This document shows positions 30,785-41,123 of a stretch of 64,000 bases of DNA, one piece after another; the stretch's first letter is position 1; each line of letters starts with the position of its first letter. A program made the position numbers and the translations under genes. Under the pieces are notes generated by a model. That model ran no database searches. It was not told where the DNA came from and saw nothing but the letters and a program-made list of their open reading frames with translations. Source of the stretch: a virus; the IMG/VR virus record IMGVR_UViG_3300048930_000192, positions 32,001 through 96,000 of that record. One strand, 5' to 3'.

Positions 30785-33700
30785 TCAAGAACACTTGCTC
30801 CAACCACATGATTTGCAACTAACACAACCTTCTTCTCTAACCAAAGACTCGGATTTACACGAATCGCAAGATTGCCCGGTGACTTTTTCACCATTTGGAA
30901 TGTACTTTTTAAGTATTCTGCCAATAGATTTACCAAACGAATGCATATCACCGGGAGCCTTCTCGATTTGATCTACTATAAATTTGATATCAGAACCGTG
31001 TCTTAGGCTCAAACTTGTCATTCTTGCTATGACAACTTCTTCGTCTGTAAACTTAGAAGAAATGTTCTCTATAACTATACCATCATCTGTGTGAAGGTCG
31101 TAATGGCCTCTCTTAATCTTTACTAGCTTTCCTTGTTTGCTGGGTGTTATTTTACCCTTACCAGCAAATATCTCATATGGTGTATTCTGATATTTGCCGA
31201 CCACCACAAAGAATTCTTCACCACCGACCTTGGTTTCATAGATATCACAATCAAGAGACTTTGGTCTTTTTGGTGCAGTTGTCTTATTAAATGAATCTTT
31301 CTTTGATTCGTTCGAGCCACCAGATATTAATACACCGGCTCTGCATTTGTCTCTATAAACGGTGAACCCCTTGCACCCATGTTCCCACGCTTTCATGTAA
31401 ACTTCTGATATTGTGTCTTTGGTGCAAGACTCTGGCACATTACAAGTTTTAGAAATTGCATGACATATCCATTTTTGAGCAACAGCCTGAATTTCTACAC
31501 TTGCCAGCCAATCAATATCGTTGGAAGTAGATTGATAATATGGTGACACTTTGTAGAACTCCAAATCGTCAGCAGTTTTACAATTCTTGCTTTCGTCTAG
31601 TTTATATCCGTTGATATCCATCCAAGATTTAAATGCATGATGAAAAACTGGGTATTCTTGCCACTTGTCGCCCATGTCATCAACAAAATCTACTCTAGAA
31701 TTTACATCATTTGGATTAATCTTCTTTCTTCTCTTATAAAATATCAAATATGCCGGTTCTATACCAGAAGTAGTTTGAGTCATTGTAGAAACAGATCCCG
31801 TTGGTGCAGTTGTAGTATTAGCAATATTTCTGCGACCATACTTCATATAAAGTTCCAAAAGTTCTGGATCTGAATTTATTATTCTAGATATAAATGGATG
31901 ATCTTTTTCTAGGTTTCTGTCGAATACTGGAAAACAACCACGTTCTCCAGCCATTATACAAGAAGACTTATAAGAGTTTATGGCCAAAGTTTGATAAATC
32001 TTCTCTGTTATTTCAATAGAATCCTGAGAACCATATTTAATACCAAGCGCAGCAAGAGTATCACCAAGAGCTGTTATACCCAACCCAGTTCTTCTTCCAT
32101 TAACACAAGCAGTTCTAATATTTTCCCACAATCTCTTTTCATAAAATTTGATTGCGCCGTCTTCTGGATCAATTTCTATTTTATGCAGTATTTTGTCAAT
32201 TTGCTCTATTTCTAGGTCAATCATGTCGTCCATAAGTCGTTGTGATTGAATGATGACCTTTGAATAATTGTCATAGTCAAATTGAGCAGAACTTGTAAAT
32301 TTATTATTTACAAATCCCATAAGATTAATGCACATTAGCCGGCAAGAATCTGATGGAGACAATATAATTTCGCCGCAATTTTTTGAGTTGAACATACATC
32401 TTTCTTTTCTGCCATCAACAACTTGTTCGTTGCCGCCGATATAGAAATTGTGAAACTCATCAACTGTTCCATTATAAACATCTTGCTTTCCTGCATGAGC
32501 AACACTAATTACTTTATGATTATTGTAGGCTGCGTTTATTTTTAGATCGCCATAATCGTTGAATCCATATTTTGTGCCGAACCGACAGCTTAAATCATTC
32601 TTCTTGCATTCTAACTTATACTCTTTCAGCATTGGTTCTCTACCAATTATGTATTTGAAATCGCAATATAAATCCATCTGCGATTTCTTAATTGAATCCA
32701 TTTTTATTTTATAAGATTCATTAATAGAATGCGCTCGTTTTGCACAAGATTCTGGGTTTGAATTATTTATTTTGTTTGCACAAGTTATACCACAGCAAGA
32801 AACTTCGCGGTGCCCGTGGGCCACTTCAAATTTATCACCACAGCATTCGCAGACTTTTTCTACAAATACTCTAGAATCTTTGATAGAGCACTTATATCCC
32901 TGAGATTGCATTTTTTGCAATAATTTTGTTGTTCTTGGATCTATTTCGATCAGTTCGGCAGAAATACCGCAAACTTGGGCGCATTTCTTAGAAAATTCTA
33001 AAACATCGCCAAATTCATTGTATCTATAATCTGCAAATGCTAATGGCAAATCATTATTTTTTGCATATTCTTGCCATTCTTTTATGGAAAATCTTCTACC
33101 GATCGAAAGAGTCAATTCTATTCCTTTAGCCTTTAACTCTGTATTAGATATATCCTTTGCATTACCATTTTTCAAACCAGTATTAAGTTCAGATTGCAAT
33201 TTTCTATATTGAGCAGATCTTTCTGGATCAGCCAATATTTTGTGTATTGGATTATTGGCGCCCATCATTTTTTCTTTGTGGTGCTCGTTGTGGTCGGTAA
33301 TTAGCATCTTTTCTAGATTTTCAATTTTATTGTTCTTAGAATTATGATCTTTGTGATGTACTATATAACCTTTGCCAACGTCACCAAAATGATGGTTGTA
33401 GATATACCGATGCTCAGTTTTTTTGAAAGCATTGTTGCAATTTTTTAGCATCCAGTACATAGTACGCACATTTCTGGATTTGACATTAGGGATATCTACT
33501 ATCGATCCTTCATATCTAAATCCAACATGCAAACTATCGCCTGGGACAATGTCTTTTACCTCTTTAAAAGATCCATCTCGCATCATCATTCTATGATTAC
33601 TTGTGGTTTTAAATTTCGACCCGTCATCTAATATAACTTCATATACATCTTGATTATATCCGGTTATTCTAGGATTTCGCATTGTTCTAACAGCAATTCT

Positions 33701-34687
33701 TCCTCTGTCATCGCAGCAATAAACGGGAATGTCCAATCCTTCTTCTGCTAATTTAGATATTTCTACAAATCCTCTACCATCTGCAACAGATATTAATGTA
33801 TCTCCAGTAATACAAGGATTTGTAGAAGTACTTTCATATCCAAAATCCTTATAGATATCAGACGGCGTCAATCTCTGCGCGGTATCCCAAAATAGTAAAC
33901 CTGGTTCAGCAGAGGCCCACGCAGCCTCGATTATCTCATTCCACAAAGATTCTGCATCTACAGACTCTTTTATAGATGGATTAGAAGAATCAACCGGCCA
34001 TCTCAATTCTACTTTTTGCTTATTCTTTACTGCATTCATGAATTCGTCTGTTAAACGAATTGATATATTAGCACCAGTTACCTTCTTTAAATCCTTCTTG
34101 ATATTGATAAATGTTCTAATTTCTGGGTGGTGGCAAGATATAGTAAGCATTAGTGCCCCGCGCCGCCCACCCTGAGCCACTTCTCGGCAGGTATTGGAAA
34201 ATCTTTCCATGAAAACGCCAATGCCATCTGTAGTTCTTGCTGCGTTCTTTGTTTTAGAACCCTTTGGTCTTATGTTGCTTATGTCAAATCCGACACCACC
34301 GCGGCGCTTCATGATTTGAGCCTGTTCTTGATCAGTTTTCAATATGCCTGAATACGAATCTTTTGGCGAATCTATGACAAAACAATTGGAAACACTTTGA
34401 ATTTGATAATCGTTGCCAATTGCACTCATTGGCGATCCCTGTGGAATAACAAATTCAAAGTTCTTAAAAAGATTATATATTTCTTCTTCTGTTAGTGGAT
34501 TAGGATAATTAGCTTCTATTCTGGCAAATTCTTTTGCCAATCGTCTGTGCATTTGATCTGGAATTGATTCTAATATATTACCATCTTCATCTCTAAGCGC
34601 ATATTTTCCAACAAATATACCAGCAGCCAATTCATCACCATTAAAATACGAAATTGAATCCTTCATTGCTTCTTCGTAGCTAAACAT
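30785..34687 (-). CDS. nrdJ: Class II (B12-dependent) ribonucleotide reductase with intein
   Basis: SNCFV, RRGGVGFDIS, QGGRRGALM, EPG, TNP[intein]CGE, RRTGLG, APTG, GIEP, KGFTVYRD, C-terminal Zn ribbon; no nrdB adjacent. Confidence 0.92.
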   Translation of the reverse strand: MFSYEEAMKDSISYFNGDELAAGIFVGKYALRDEDGNILESIPDQMHRRLAKEFARIEANYPNPLTEEEIYNLFKNFEFVIPQGSPMSAIGNDYQIQSVSNCFVIDSPKDSYSGILKTDQEQAQIMKRRGGVGFDISNIRPKGSKTKNAARTTDGIGVFMERFSNTCREVAQGGRRGALMLTISCHHPEIRTFINIKKDLKKVTGANISIRLTDEFMNAVKNKQKVELRWPVDSSNPSIKESVDAESLWNEIIEAAWASAEPGLLFWDTAQRLTPSDIYKDFGYESTSTNPCITGDTLISVADGRGFVEISKLAEEGLDIPVYCCDDRGRIAVRTMRNPRITGYNQDVYEVILDDGSKFKTTSNHRMMMRDGSFKEVKDIVPGDSLHVGFRYEGSIVDIPNVKSRNVRTMYWMLKNCNNAFKKTEHRYIYNHHFGDVGKGYIVHHKDHNSKNNKIENLEKMLITDHNEHHKEKMMGANNPIHKILADPERSAQYRKLQSELNTGLKNGNAKDISNTELKAKGIELTLSIGRRFSIKEWQEYAKNNDLPLAFADYRYNEFGDVLEFSKKCAQVCGISAELIEIDPRTTKLLQKMQSQGYKCSIKDSRVFVEKVCECCGDKFEVAHGHREVSCCGITCANKINNSNPESCAKRAHSINESYKIKMDSIKKSQMDLYCDFKYIIGREPMLKEYKLECKKNDLSCRFGTKYGFNDYGDLKINAAYNNHKVISVAHAGKQDVYNGTVDEFHNFYIGGNEQVVDGRKERCMFNSKNCGEIILSPSDSCRLMCINLMGFVNNKFTSSAQFDYDNYSKVIIQSQRLMDDMIDLEIEQIDKILHKIEIDPEDGAIKFYEKRLWENIRTACVNGRRTGLGITALGDTLAALGIKYGSQDSIEITEKIYQTLAINSYKSSCIMAGERGCFPVFDRNLEKDHPFISRIINSDPELLELYMKYGRRNIANTTTAPTGSVSTMTQTTSGIEPAYLIFYKRRKKINPNDVNSRVDFVDDMGDKWQEYPVFHHAFKSWMDINGYKLDESKNCKTADDLEFYKVSPYYQSTSNDIDWLASVEIQAVAQKWICHAISKTCNVPESCTKDTISEVYMKAWEHGCKGFTVYRDKCRAGVLISGGSNESKKDSFNKTTAPKRPKSLDCDIYETKVGGEEFFVVVGKYQNTPYEIFAGKGKITPSKQGKLVKIKRGHYDLHTDDGIVIENISSKFTDEEVVIARMTSLSLRHGSDIKFIVDQIEKAPGDMHSFGKSIGRILKKYIPNGEKVTGQSCDSCKSESLVREEGCVSCKSCGWSKCS
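32378..33814 (-). mobile_element. Intein (479 aa) with HNH homing endonuclease
   Basis: Starts CITGDT, block B TTSNH, HNH HHKDHNSKNNKIENL, block F VYNGTVDEFHNF, ends SKN before extein Cys. Confidence 0.9.
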
Positions 34688-34716
34688 ACTTTCTCCATTT
34701 TGCTTCGGTTCATTAT

Positions 34717-35550
34717 TTAGATTGATGTCTTTAACTTTTCTAACAGTTCCTTCTTCTCTCTGTCAGATAATTGACTGTTTGACACCAATTGAATTAGTTT
34801 ATTTTCCTCGACTGCGGCACGTAATATTTGCATTTCTTGAGAAGAGAAAGATTCGGCGTTTATCATATAGTCGTCGAACGCTTCAAATATTATCGGGAAC
34901 TTTGGTCTTACCAAACTACAGATGGCATTTGCGTAATCTTGTATCTCCATTTGAGCATGAGGGTCCATTCTAAGCTTCAAGAATCTCATGAGATTATTCA
35001 AATCTACTTTGCAATAGAATTCGGTGTATAGGCTTAATGGCAAATTAATTCTTGCAAGTTCACGAGATACACCTTCTTCGATATCGGCATTATAGGTATC
35101 AAAAATGTGTACGTTTAGTAGATTTATGTCATTTATAAAATTGTTGGGATCTTCAATCGTACCTTCGCGACCTTGCTTATTTGTGGTACTTTGGCGCTGA
35201 ATGTATTCTGGAGTAGGAATATAGGTTTCTGTTTCTGCTTCGCTATATCGTAAAGAAGTTTCATTATAACTAAACGTGCGGTGCCTCATCCATTGACGAG
35301 CAACGAATATTGGCAACTTGACATGAAGAACAACTTCACCAAATTCAGTTGGTGAAGTGTGTTGATTTCTGATAAGGTACCTAATAAGATTTCTGGTATC
35401 ACTCTTTATTCTGGTACCCTTACCATAAGATACTCTGGCTGCTCTCTCTATGGTTTCATCTGATCCCATGGTTTCTATCAAACCGACGAAGCCGCCATTG
35501 TGTATCGGAATATATCTAGGATCACTTAATATTTCACTTTGTTTTGTCAT
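34717..35550 (-). CDS. thyX: Flavin-dependent thymidylate synthase
   Basis: AARVSY, HTSP, RQWMRHRTFSYNETSLRY, ARINLP, HAQMEI. Confidence 0.96.
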   Translation of the reverse strand: MTKQSEILSDPRYIPIHNGGFVGLIETMGSDETIERAARVSYGKGTRIKSDTRNLIRYLIRNQHTSPTEFGEVVLHVKLPIFVARQWMRHRTFSYNETSLRYSEAETETYIPTPEYIQRQSTTNKQGREGTIEDPNNFINDINLLNVHIFDTYNADIEEGVSRELARINLPLSLYTEFYCKVDLNNLMRFLKLRMDPHAQMEIQDYANAICSLVRPKFPIIFEAFDDYMINAESFSSQEMQILRAAVEENKLIQLVSNSQLSDREKKELLEKLKTSI

Positions 35551-36548
35551 ACCTTACTCCATTCTATAAGTTTAACTTTCGCCATCAAACCAGAATATGT
35601 ATTTTCGTCTATTATCTGTTGAGCGTTTATACCATTAAGAATCATGTCATTTACATCTTTTTCTTTGATATATTCTGGCCATATACAAACATTATATCCG
35701 TGCTCGATTGCACCACTAACACGATTTATTACATCTTTGTTTCGTGGTTCGTTATCGTATACAAATACACATAAATCTTTATCGCCTGGCAAACTAGATT
35801 CTGCCATTACTTTAAGGCCACTAACTGCAATAGCATTCGGTATCATCATGCTGTCTATTGGACCTTCTAATATATAAATCTTAGAAGTTGCATCTAGTTT
35901 GTCTATACCGTATATTAATTCTCGTTCTTCGCCTTCTGGCTTTATTATAATATACCGATACTTACTATATTTGTTCAAAGTACGGCATATTACACCATAT
36001 ACAGAACCATCTTTTTGTTTAAATGGTATTACTATCTTAGGATCATTAAAGTAGTTTCTTGTATCGTTTATTGATTTACCGAACGATTCAAAATCTTCTG
36101 AATAGTAAATCTCGTCATATAGTATAGACGGCACTTTACGATCTGTCAAATATCGAACAGCTATATGATCGGGTGGTAAGTCAGATATTCTAGGCAAATC
36201 TATGAAAATAGCCTTATCGAATCTTTCTTTTGGCGAAGTGGTAGATACTTTGATTTCTGGTTTACTTGGAGCAAACGACTGCTGAAAGATCTCCATTCTA
36301 TATTCGCGGTATAGTTCGGGATCGTAGTTCTTTAGAAACGTAGAAAATAGGTTTGCTATTTCGCAATTATGACACTTAGCATGAAACTCACCCTTCTTGT
36401 AGTAAAAATAGAACCGGCGTTTACTCTTATTCTTTTTAGAGTCGCCGCACGTTGGGCACCGACAAGTAGCCAGAGTTGCAGTTTTCCATGAAAACTTCTC
36501 AAGTCTGGCTGATATCATGTTAATATATTTTACGTCGATGTAACTCAT
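35547..36548 (-). CDS. gp61: DNA primase gp61
   Basis: CRCPTCGDS, CHNC, EGPIDS, YDNEPRN, KDVNDM. Confidence 0.93.
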   Translation of the reverse strand: MSYIDVKYINMISARLEKFSWKTATLATCRCPTCGDSKKNKSKRRFYFYYKKGEFHAKCHNCEIANLFSTFLKNYDPELYREYRMEIFQQSFAPSKPEIKVSTTSPKERFDKAIFIDLPRISDLPPDHIAVRYLTDRKVPSILYDEIYYSEDFESFGKSINDTRNYFNDPKIVIPFKQKDGSVYGVICRTLNKYSKYRYIIIKPEGEERELIYGIDKLDATSKIYILEGPIDSMMIPNAIAVSGLKVMAESSLPGDKDLCVFVYDNEPRNKDVINRVSGAIEHGYNVCIWPEYIKEKDVNDMILNGINAQQIIDENTYSGLMAKVKLIEWSKV

Positions 36549-37948
36549 TCAAAGAAATCCGAAACCGAATTGCGAGTCTCATAGTTCCAATTAATTGTAT
36601 TCAGCAAGCCATTTAGTGGATCTAGAAATGTCTTTTCATATTGAGTTTCTTTGTCGATATATCGTTGTAATTTAAATTCTTCTGGTATATCTTTAACAAA
36701 ACTAATTACATGAGATTTTGTTGGGTTTGGTACTTTAAGATATATAAACTTGATCTTGTCACCGCTGTCTATCTTCTGATACCGACTCTGTAGTTTATTA
36801 GATTCTATCAAGTTATTGTATATCAATGCACCTTTAACTGCTATAGGAGTACCTTTACTAAAGATCTCTTTGGCGTCGGTATATTTCTCTAGGTCATTAA
36901 CACCTCTGGGTGATGCTATGTCGATATATGGCCTGGTCATGAAGTCGTTTTTAAACTCTGTAACATAGTTTATTAGTTCATTTTCTGTACCAGTAAGCAT
37001 TATCTTTATGCACTTCTTTAATGCTTCCCTACATATATTAGGTGTACTAGACCTTTGAACCTCTATGCCCATGATTTTGAGTTTCGGCTCGGCATATCTA
37101 ACACCTTCGCTGTCAATAACATTTAGACAATATCTCTTTTTAGCTACCCATATACCTTTAGAGCATATATTCTCTCGTTTCATTACCATTTTGTTGGTAT
37201 AACAGTTCATATATTCGGCAAGTTCTTTATAGCACTTGTCCATAAATGGTTGTATTACTTCTTTAGATATTTTGTCTAATGTATTAGTAGCCTTTATTGG
37301 GTCAGCAATAGGCCCGAAAATTGAATCAACAATACGACTAGCGCTAATATACAAACTATCTGTATCAAGGTATTCAATATAATCAACACCACTCGTTTTA
37401 CATATTTTATTAAAGTATTCGTTGACATATTTTTCTACCCACTGGATTGCCAATTGGCCAGATATTGTAATAGCCTCTGCTTGGCGAACATCATAATGAC
37501 GGAAGTTAACCTGACCAATGGAACCATATCCCGAGTTGGCCGCAATCTTATATGCCATTTGTTTCGTTTCTAGCTTAGCAGCAAGTTTTTTGGTTTCAGC
37601 AATCTTTCTTTTCAGATCGTCTGTTGACAGATTTTCATACATAATTTTATTTTTATTTCTTATGGACAATTCTTTTTCCATAAGCTCTATTTCCTTCTTT
37701 AGGTCAATTGCCTTATTCTTTGCAGCCTTACGCCAATCCATGAAGTTACTCATGATTGACGACAAGAAACTTTGCCGATCATTACTGAACAGTTCACCGT
37801 TGGCAGCCATACCACAATTCAGTTTCTTAAGATACGATAGATCCATTTTCTTGTGTAGAAAATCTTGAACGGTAGGTGGCGACTTTAGATGGTATTCTAG
37901 GTTAAGTAGTTCAGTATCAGTCAGCAAACTCAAATCAATATTATGCAT
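36545..37948 (-). CDS. gp43B: DNA polymerase gp43, C-terminal subunit (fingers/palm/thumb)
   Basis: KIAANSGYG, YLDTDSLY, KKRY, KIMGIEVQRSSTP, C-terminal clamp-binding SDFF. Confidence 0.92.
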   Translation of the reverse strand: MHNIDLSLLTDTELLNLEYHLKSPPTVQDFLHKKMDLSYLKKLNCGMAANGELFSNDRQSFLSSIMSNFMDWRKAAKNKAIDLKKEIELMEKELSIRNKNKIMYENLSTDDLKRKIAETKKLAAKLETKQMAYKIAANSGYGSIGQVNFRHYDVRQAEAITISGQLAIQWVEKYVNEYFNKICKTSGVDYIEYLDTDSLYISASRIVDSIFGPIADPIKATNTLDKISKEVIQPFMDKCYKELAEYMNCYTNKMVMKRENICSKGIWVAKKRYCLNVIDSEGVRYAEPKLKIMGIEVQRSSTPNICREALKKCIKIMLTGTENELINYVTEFKNDFMTRPYIDIASPRGVNDLEKYTDAKEIFSKGTPIAVKGALIYNNLIESNKLQSRYQKIDSGDKIKFIYLKVPNPTKSHVISFVKDIPEEFKLQRYIDKETQYEKTFLDPLNGLLNTINWNYETRNSVSDFFE

Positions 37949-39228
37949 TATAATCCTCTGCGTTGTTTTTCCGCTGATATTTTGCTTAACAAATCATTCT
38001 TTTCTATAATAGTATCTGATCCGATAGAATACTGGATAATCAAAGATGGATACAGTGAAGTGAGGTCGAAGCTAATGATCCAGTCCTTGAATCCCGGTCT
38101 AGGATCTTTAACATATGCACCGGCATATTGACCGTCAATCACTTCACCCTCTTTCTTTAGAGGTATAACTATGTTTTTATTCTTTAGATAGTTGTAGATA
38201 ATACAATCCCAAGTCTTGACTTGGCCAAACACATCTTCAAAGTTGCACTTGGCAACGTATGCGATGCCTATATGCAGATCTATTAGATTCAACTTATTAT
38301 CTAATTCATCTACTATATCTACGTCTTGAATATTATACATTACAAACTTATCAAAGTCCTTTGTATAAAATTCATGCATACTATCATATTCTGTATAGTC
38401 TAACTTGGTCTTATTGAGCTCGACTTTAGCTACATGGTTTAAAGAATATGATTCTAATGTCTGTGTAGAATACTTTCTATAAAGTTCGTATAGATCTAAT
38501 ATTGATATGCCAACCAATCTGAACGTCTGGCAAGTCTTGCCACGATATTCAATTTCTTCTTCTTTTATCCAATTCCATGGCGACAATTCTTTGGTTGCTT
38601 TCTCACCAAGAAGCTTATAACATCTGTTGACAATATACGGTATATCGTAAAATCTAATGTTCCAGCCAGTTATAACATCTGGATCTATTTTCTTAAATTC
38701 AGAAATGAAGGCTTTCAACATTTCTTCTTCTGAATCATAACATTCGATAATAGTATTTTCGAAAGTAGTTATAGTCTTATTAAGACAGAAAGTATGCCTT
38801 AAACCAGTGTTCTTATTCTTTATTGTTATAACATTGATTCTTTCTGTCGGATCATCAGCTGGCGCAAATCTTTCTTCTGATTCTGTTTCAATGTCTAAAG
38901 TTACAACAACTATGTCGTGCATATCATAATGAATTTCATCAGGAAACTTATCAGAAATATACTGATACTTGTAGTCGGTATTACCGTATACTTTAAAATT
39001 ATTGATATCTTCGTATTGCTTTAGAAAGTCTCTGGCATCAGATATTGATCCTATCTCGATACGATCTAAGAAATCACCTTGAATGCTGGTATAGTCAGTA
39101 GTCTTGGCAGATGTAATATACAAAGTAGGTTTAAACGCATTATCAATATATGTTACTCTTTTGCCGTTTTCTATACCACGGTAAAGAATATTATCGCCCT
39201 TTGTTTGTACATTCGTATAATAATTCAT
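37948..39228 (-). CDS. gp43A: DNA polymerase gp43, N-terminal subunit (3'-5' exonuclease + motif A)
   Basis: LDIET, GWNIRFYDIPY, YNIQDV, SFDLTSLYPS; TAATG overlap with gp43B. Confidence 0.92.
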   Translation of the reverse strand: MNYYTNVQTKGDNILYRGIENGKRVTYIDNAFKPTLYITSAKTTDYTSIQGDFLDRIEIGSISDARDFLKQYEDINNFKVYGNTDYKYQYISDKFPDEIHYDMHDIVVVTLDIETESEERFAPADDPTERINVITIKNKNTGLRHTFCLNKTITTFENTIIECYDSEEEMLKAFISEFKKIDPDVITGWNIRFYDIPYIVNRCYKLLGEKATKELSPWNWIKEEEIEYRGKTCQTFRLVGISILDLYELYRKYSTQTLESYSLNHVAKVELNKTKLDYTEYDSMHEFYTKDFDKFVMYNIQDVDIVDELDNKLNLIDLHIGIAYVAKCNFEDVFGQVKTWDCIIYNYLKNKNIVIPLKKEGEVIDGQYAGAYVKDPRPGFKDWIISFDLTSLYPSLIIQYSIGSDTIIEKNDLLSKISAEKQRRGL

Positions 39229-39665
39229 TTTCTCTTAATAACCTTTTTAACTGGTTTCTTAGTAACTTTCTTAGTAGCCTTCTTCTTGGTTTTCTTCGCG
39301 TAAGAAAGAACTTCTTCTGGCATGTCCATCAATTTGGGATCAAGTCTGCCTCGAATGTGCATTTCTTCTTGGTGTATCATTGCAGCTGCATTCCACATGA
39401 TTGCAGCCAAGTGATCTTCTGATCTATCACCAGCAAGATACCGAATACAATGCCTATTCATAGAATCATATATCTTTCTCATTGGCAAGCCAAGTTTCCA
39501 ATTATCTTCTGGGTGTGTCTTAGCTCCATTCTGATAATGCTTAGCCAATCTAGTAGTTGCATGGGTAGAAATCATATCGAACCTACCCTTATCCGTATTT
39601 TCTGCTCTAACTGCACCAGAAGAGAATTTCTGCATCTTAATTTTGTGACTTGAACTCTTTGCCAT
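39225..39665 (-). CDS. dATP/dGTP diphosphohydrolase-domain (DUF5664-like) protein
   Basis: SGAVR, KGRFDMI, GAKTH..DNWKLG, RH, EDHLAAIMWN. Confidence 0.8.
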   Translation of the reverse strand: MAKSSSHKIKMQKFSSGAVRAENTDKGRFDMISTHATTRLAKHYQNGAKTHPEDNWKLGLPMRKIYDSMNRHCIRYLAGDRSEDHLAAIMWNAAAMIHQEEMHIRGRLDPKLMDMPEEVLSYAKKTKKKATKKVTKKPVKKVIKRK

Positions 39666-39666
39666 A

Positions 39667-40200
39667 TTATCTTACTCCTGTACTACCAAATCCACCATTT
39701 CTAGATGTTTTAACTGATGGCTTTGAATCTATTGGCTCTAGATTATACGCAAGCGATTCGATCATTTCAAGTTGCGCAATTCGATCACCGCTATTAATCT
39801 TTACAGGTATATTTGTAGTATTAGTAATCATGATATATAATTGTTCAACATAATCGCTGTCGATAATACCTTCATTGTTAGTTAAACTCAATCCGTTCTT
39901 TAGTGCAGTACCAGATCGACTATGCACTCTTACGCTATAGCCAAGTGGTATATCTAATATAATACCAGTTGGTATTAAAACTCTATCGCCCGGATTTACA
40001 GTCAAAGATTCAGCCTCACTTTGCTGGCTATCTTTAACTGCAACTTTGCTAGTTAGCGTATTGTCTTTTGTATAACACTTTATAATCTGTTCGTGTGTGT
40101 TACCAAAGTACGCATGTACATCAAAACATGCAGATTGCAATGTTGCAAAATATGGTTCTTTGACGTTCTGGTACATCTTATAATATTTCAAATTATTCAT
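39667..40200 (-). CDS. dut: Trimeric dUTPase
   Basis: SACFD, SRSG, GIIDSDY, GDRIAQ, RNGGFGSTG. Confidence 0.95.
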   Translation of the reverse strand: MNNLKYYKMYQNVKEPYFATLQSACFDVHAYFGNTHEQIIKCYTKDNTLTSKVAVKDSQQSEAESLTVNPGDRVLIPTGIILDIPLGYSVRVHSRSGTALKNGLSLTNNEGIIDSDYVEQLYIMITNTTNIPVKINSGDRIAQLEMIESLAYNLEPIDSKPSVKTSRNGGFGSTGVR

Positions 40201-40283
40201 AATAACTCCTTTTGTAAATGCAGCAAAGATGTAATATTACATCTTTGCTGCTATGTTTTACTATTCTTAAATATTGTCGAATC

Positions 40284-40685
40284 TTACTTTTTACCTATTT
40301 GATACTTAGAAACTAATTTCCATTGTGCTTTTTCTCCATGCTTTATTACTTTTATTTCATTCATCAATGCAACTGGGAATTCAGTTTTCTTAGGGTCCAA
40401 TATTCTAATCAAACCCCAATCTTCTATTAAGTTAGCAATTGTATTTCTACGAGCAAGATCATTTTCGTCAAAGGTTATTTCGTGGCCATCTAATCCAAAA
40501 AGTTCTTTAAAGTGAATAATTGCATATCTACCCTTTTTGTGGAGAAGGTGGCAACTTTGGTATATAGTATTATCTTTTTTGGAGCATATACCAATTCTGG
40601 TTAATGTCTCTTTAACTTTCAAGAAATTCTGTGGATCAATCAATTCAATTTCAACGCCGAACCCTCTGAAAATATCATCTTGCAT
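40284..40685 (-). CDS. regA: Translational repressor RegA
   Basis: FLKVKETLTRIG, QSCHLLHKKGRYAIIHFKELFGLDG. Confidence 0.95.
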   Translation of the reverse strand: MQDDIFRGFGVEIELIDPQNFLKVKETLTRIGICSKKDNTIYQSCHLLHKKGRYAIIHFKELFGLDGHEITFDENDLARRNTIANLIEDWGLIRILDPKKTEFPVALMNEIKVIKHGEKAQWKLVSKYQIGKK

Positions 40686-40730
40686 GTGTTGGCCCTATAT
40701 AAAATAATCAAAGTCATATGTAGGTATTTA

Positions 40731-41123
40731 TTACTTTGTGCCGCCAGGGTTCATTCGCTCTTTGATTTCTTTAAGTTGGTCTTTAGACAAGACCTTTAGA
40801 TATTTCTTAGCCACTTCTCGGTTTACGCTATAATAAGACATTATAACCTCGACATCGGCAGTCAACTCATTTTTATGCCACTTTCCACTATACCGTTTGC
40901 GTTTTTCTACACCAAACATATAATAATGATATTGCATCATTTTATCTAGATTTGGTCGTATATTCATCTCATTTGCATAAAATATAGTGTCTGGATGATA
41001 CGAAAATGCACGATTTGTTAGATACGGTATATAAGAACTTATATTAGACTCACCTTTAGTGATATCTGCCTTTGCATAAGAAGCATCATTATAGAAATCA
41101 AATGGATTAGCTTTTTCCGTCAT
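40731..41123 (-). CDS. gp62: Clamp loader small subunit gp62
   Basis: YIPYLTNRAFSYHPDTIFYANEMN, KRKRYSGKW. Confidence 0.9.
   Translation of the reverse strand: MTEKANPFDFYNDASYAKADITKGESNISSYIPYLTNRAFSYHPDTIFYANEMNIRPNLDKMMQYHYYMFGVEKRKRYSGKWHKNELTADVEVIMSYYSVNREVAKKYLKVLSKDQLKEIKERMNPGGTK

Noticed and set aside
37900-38000. Split intein or intron in gp43
   Set aside because: No Cys/Ser-start or His-Asn-end blocks and no intergenic space
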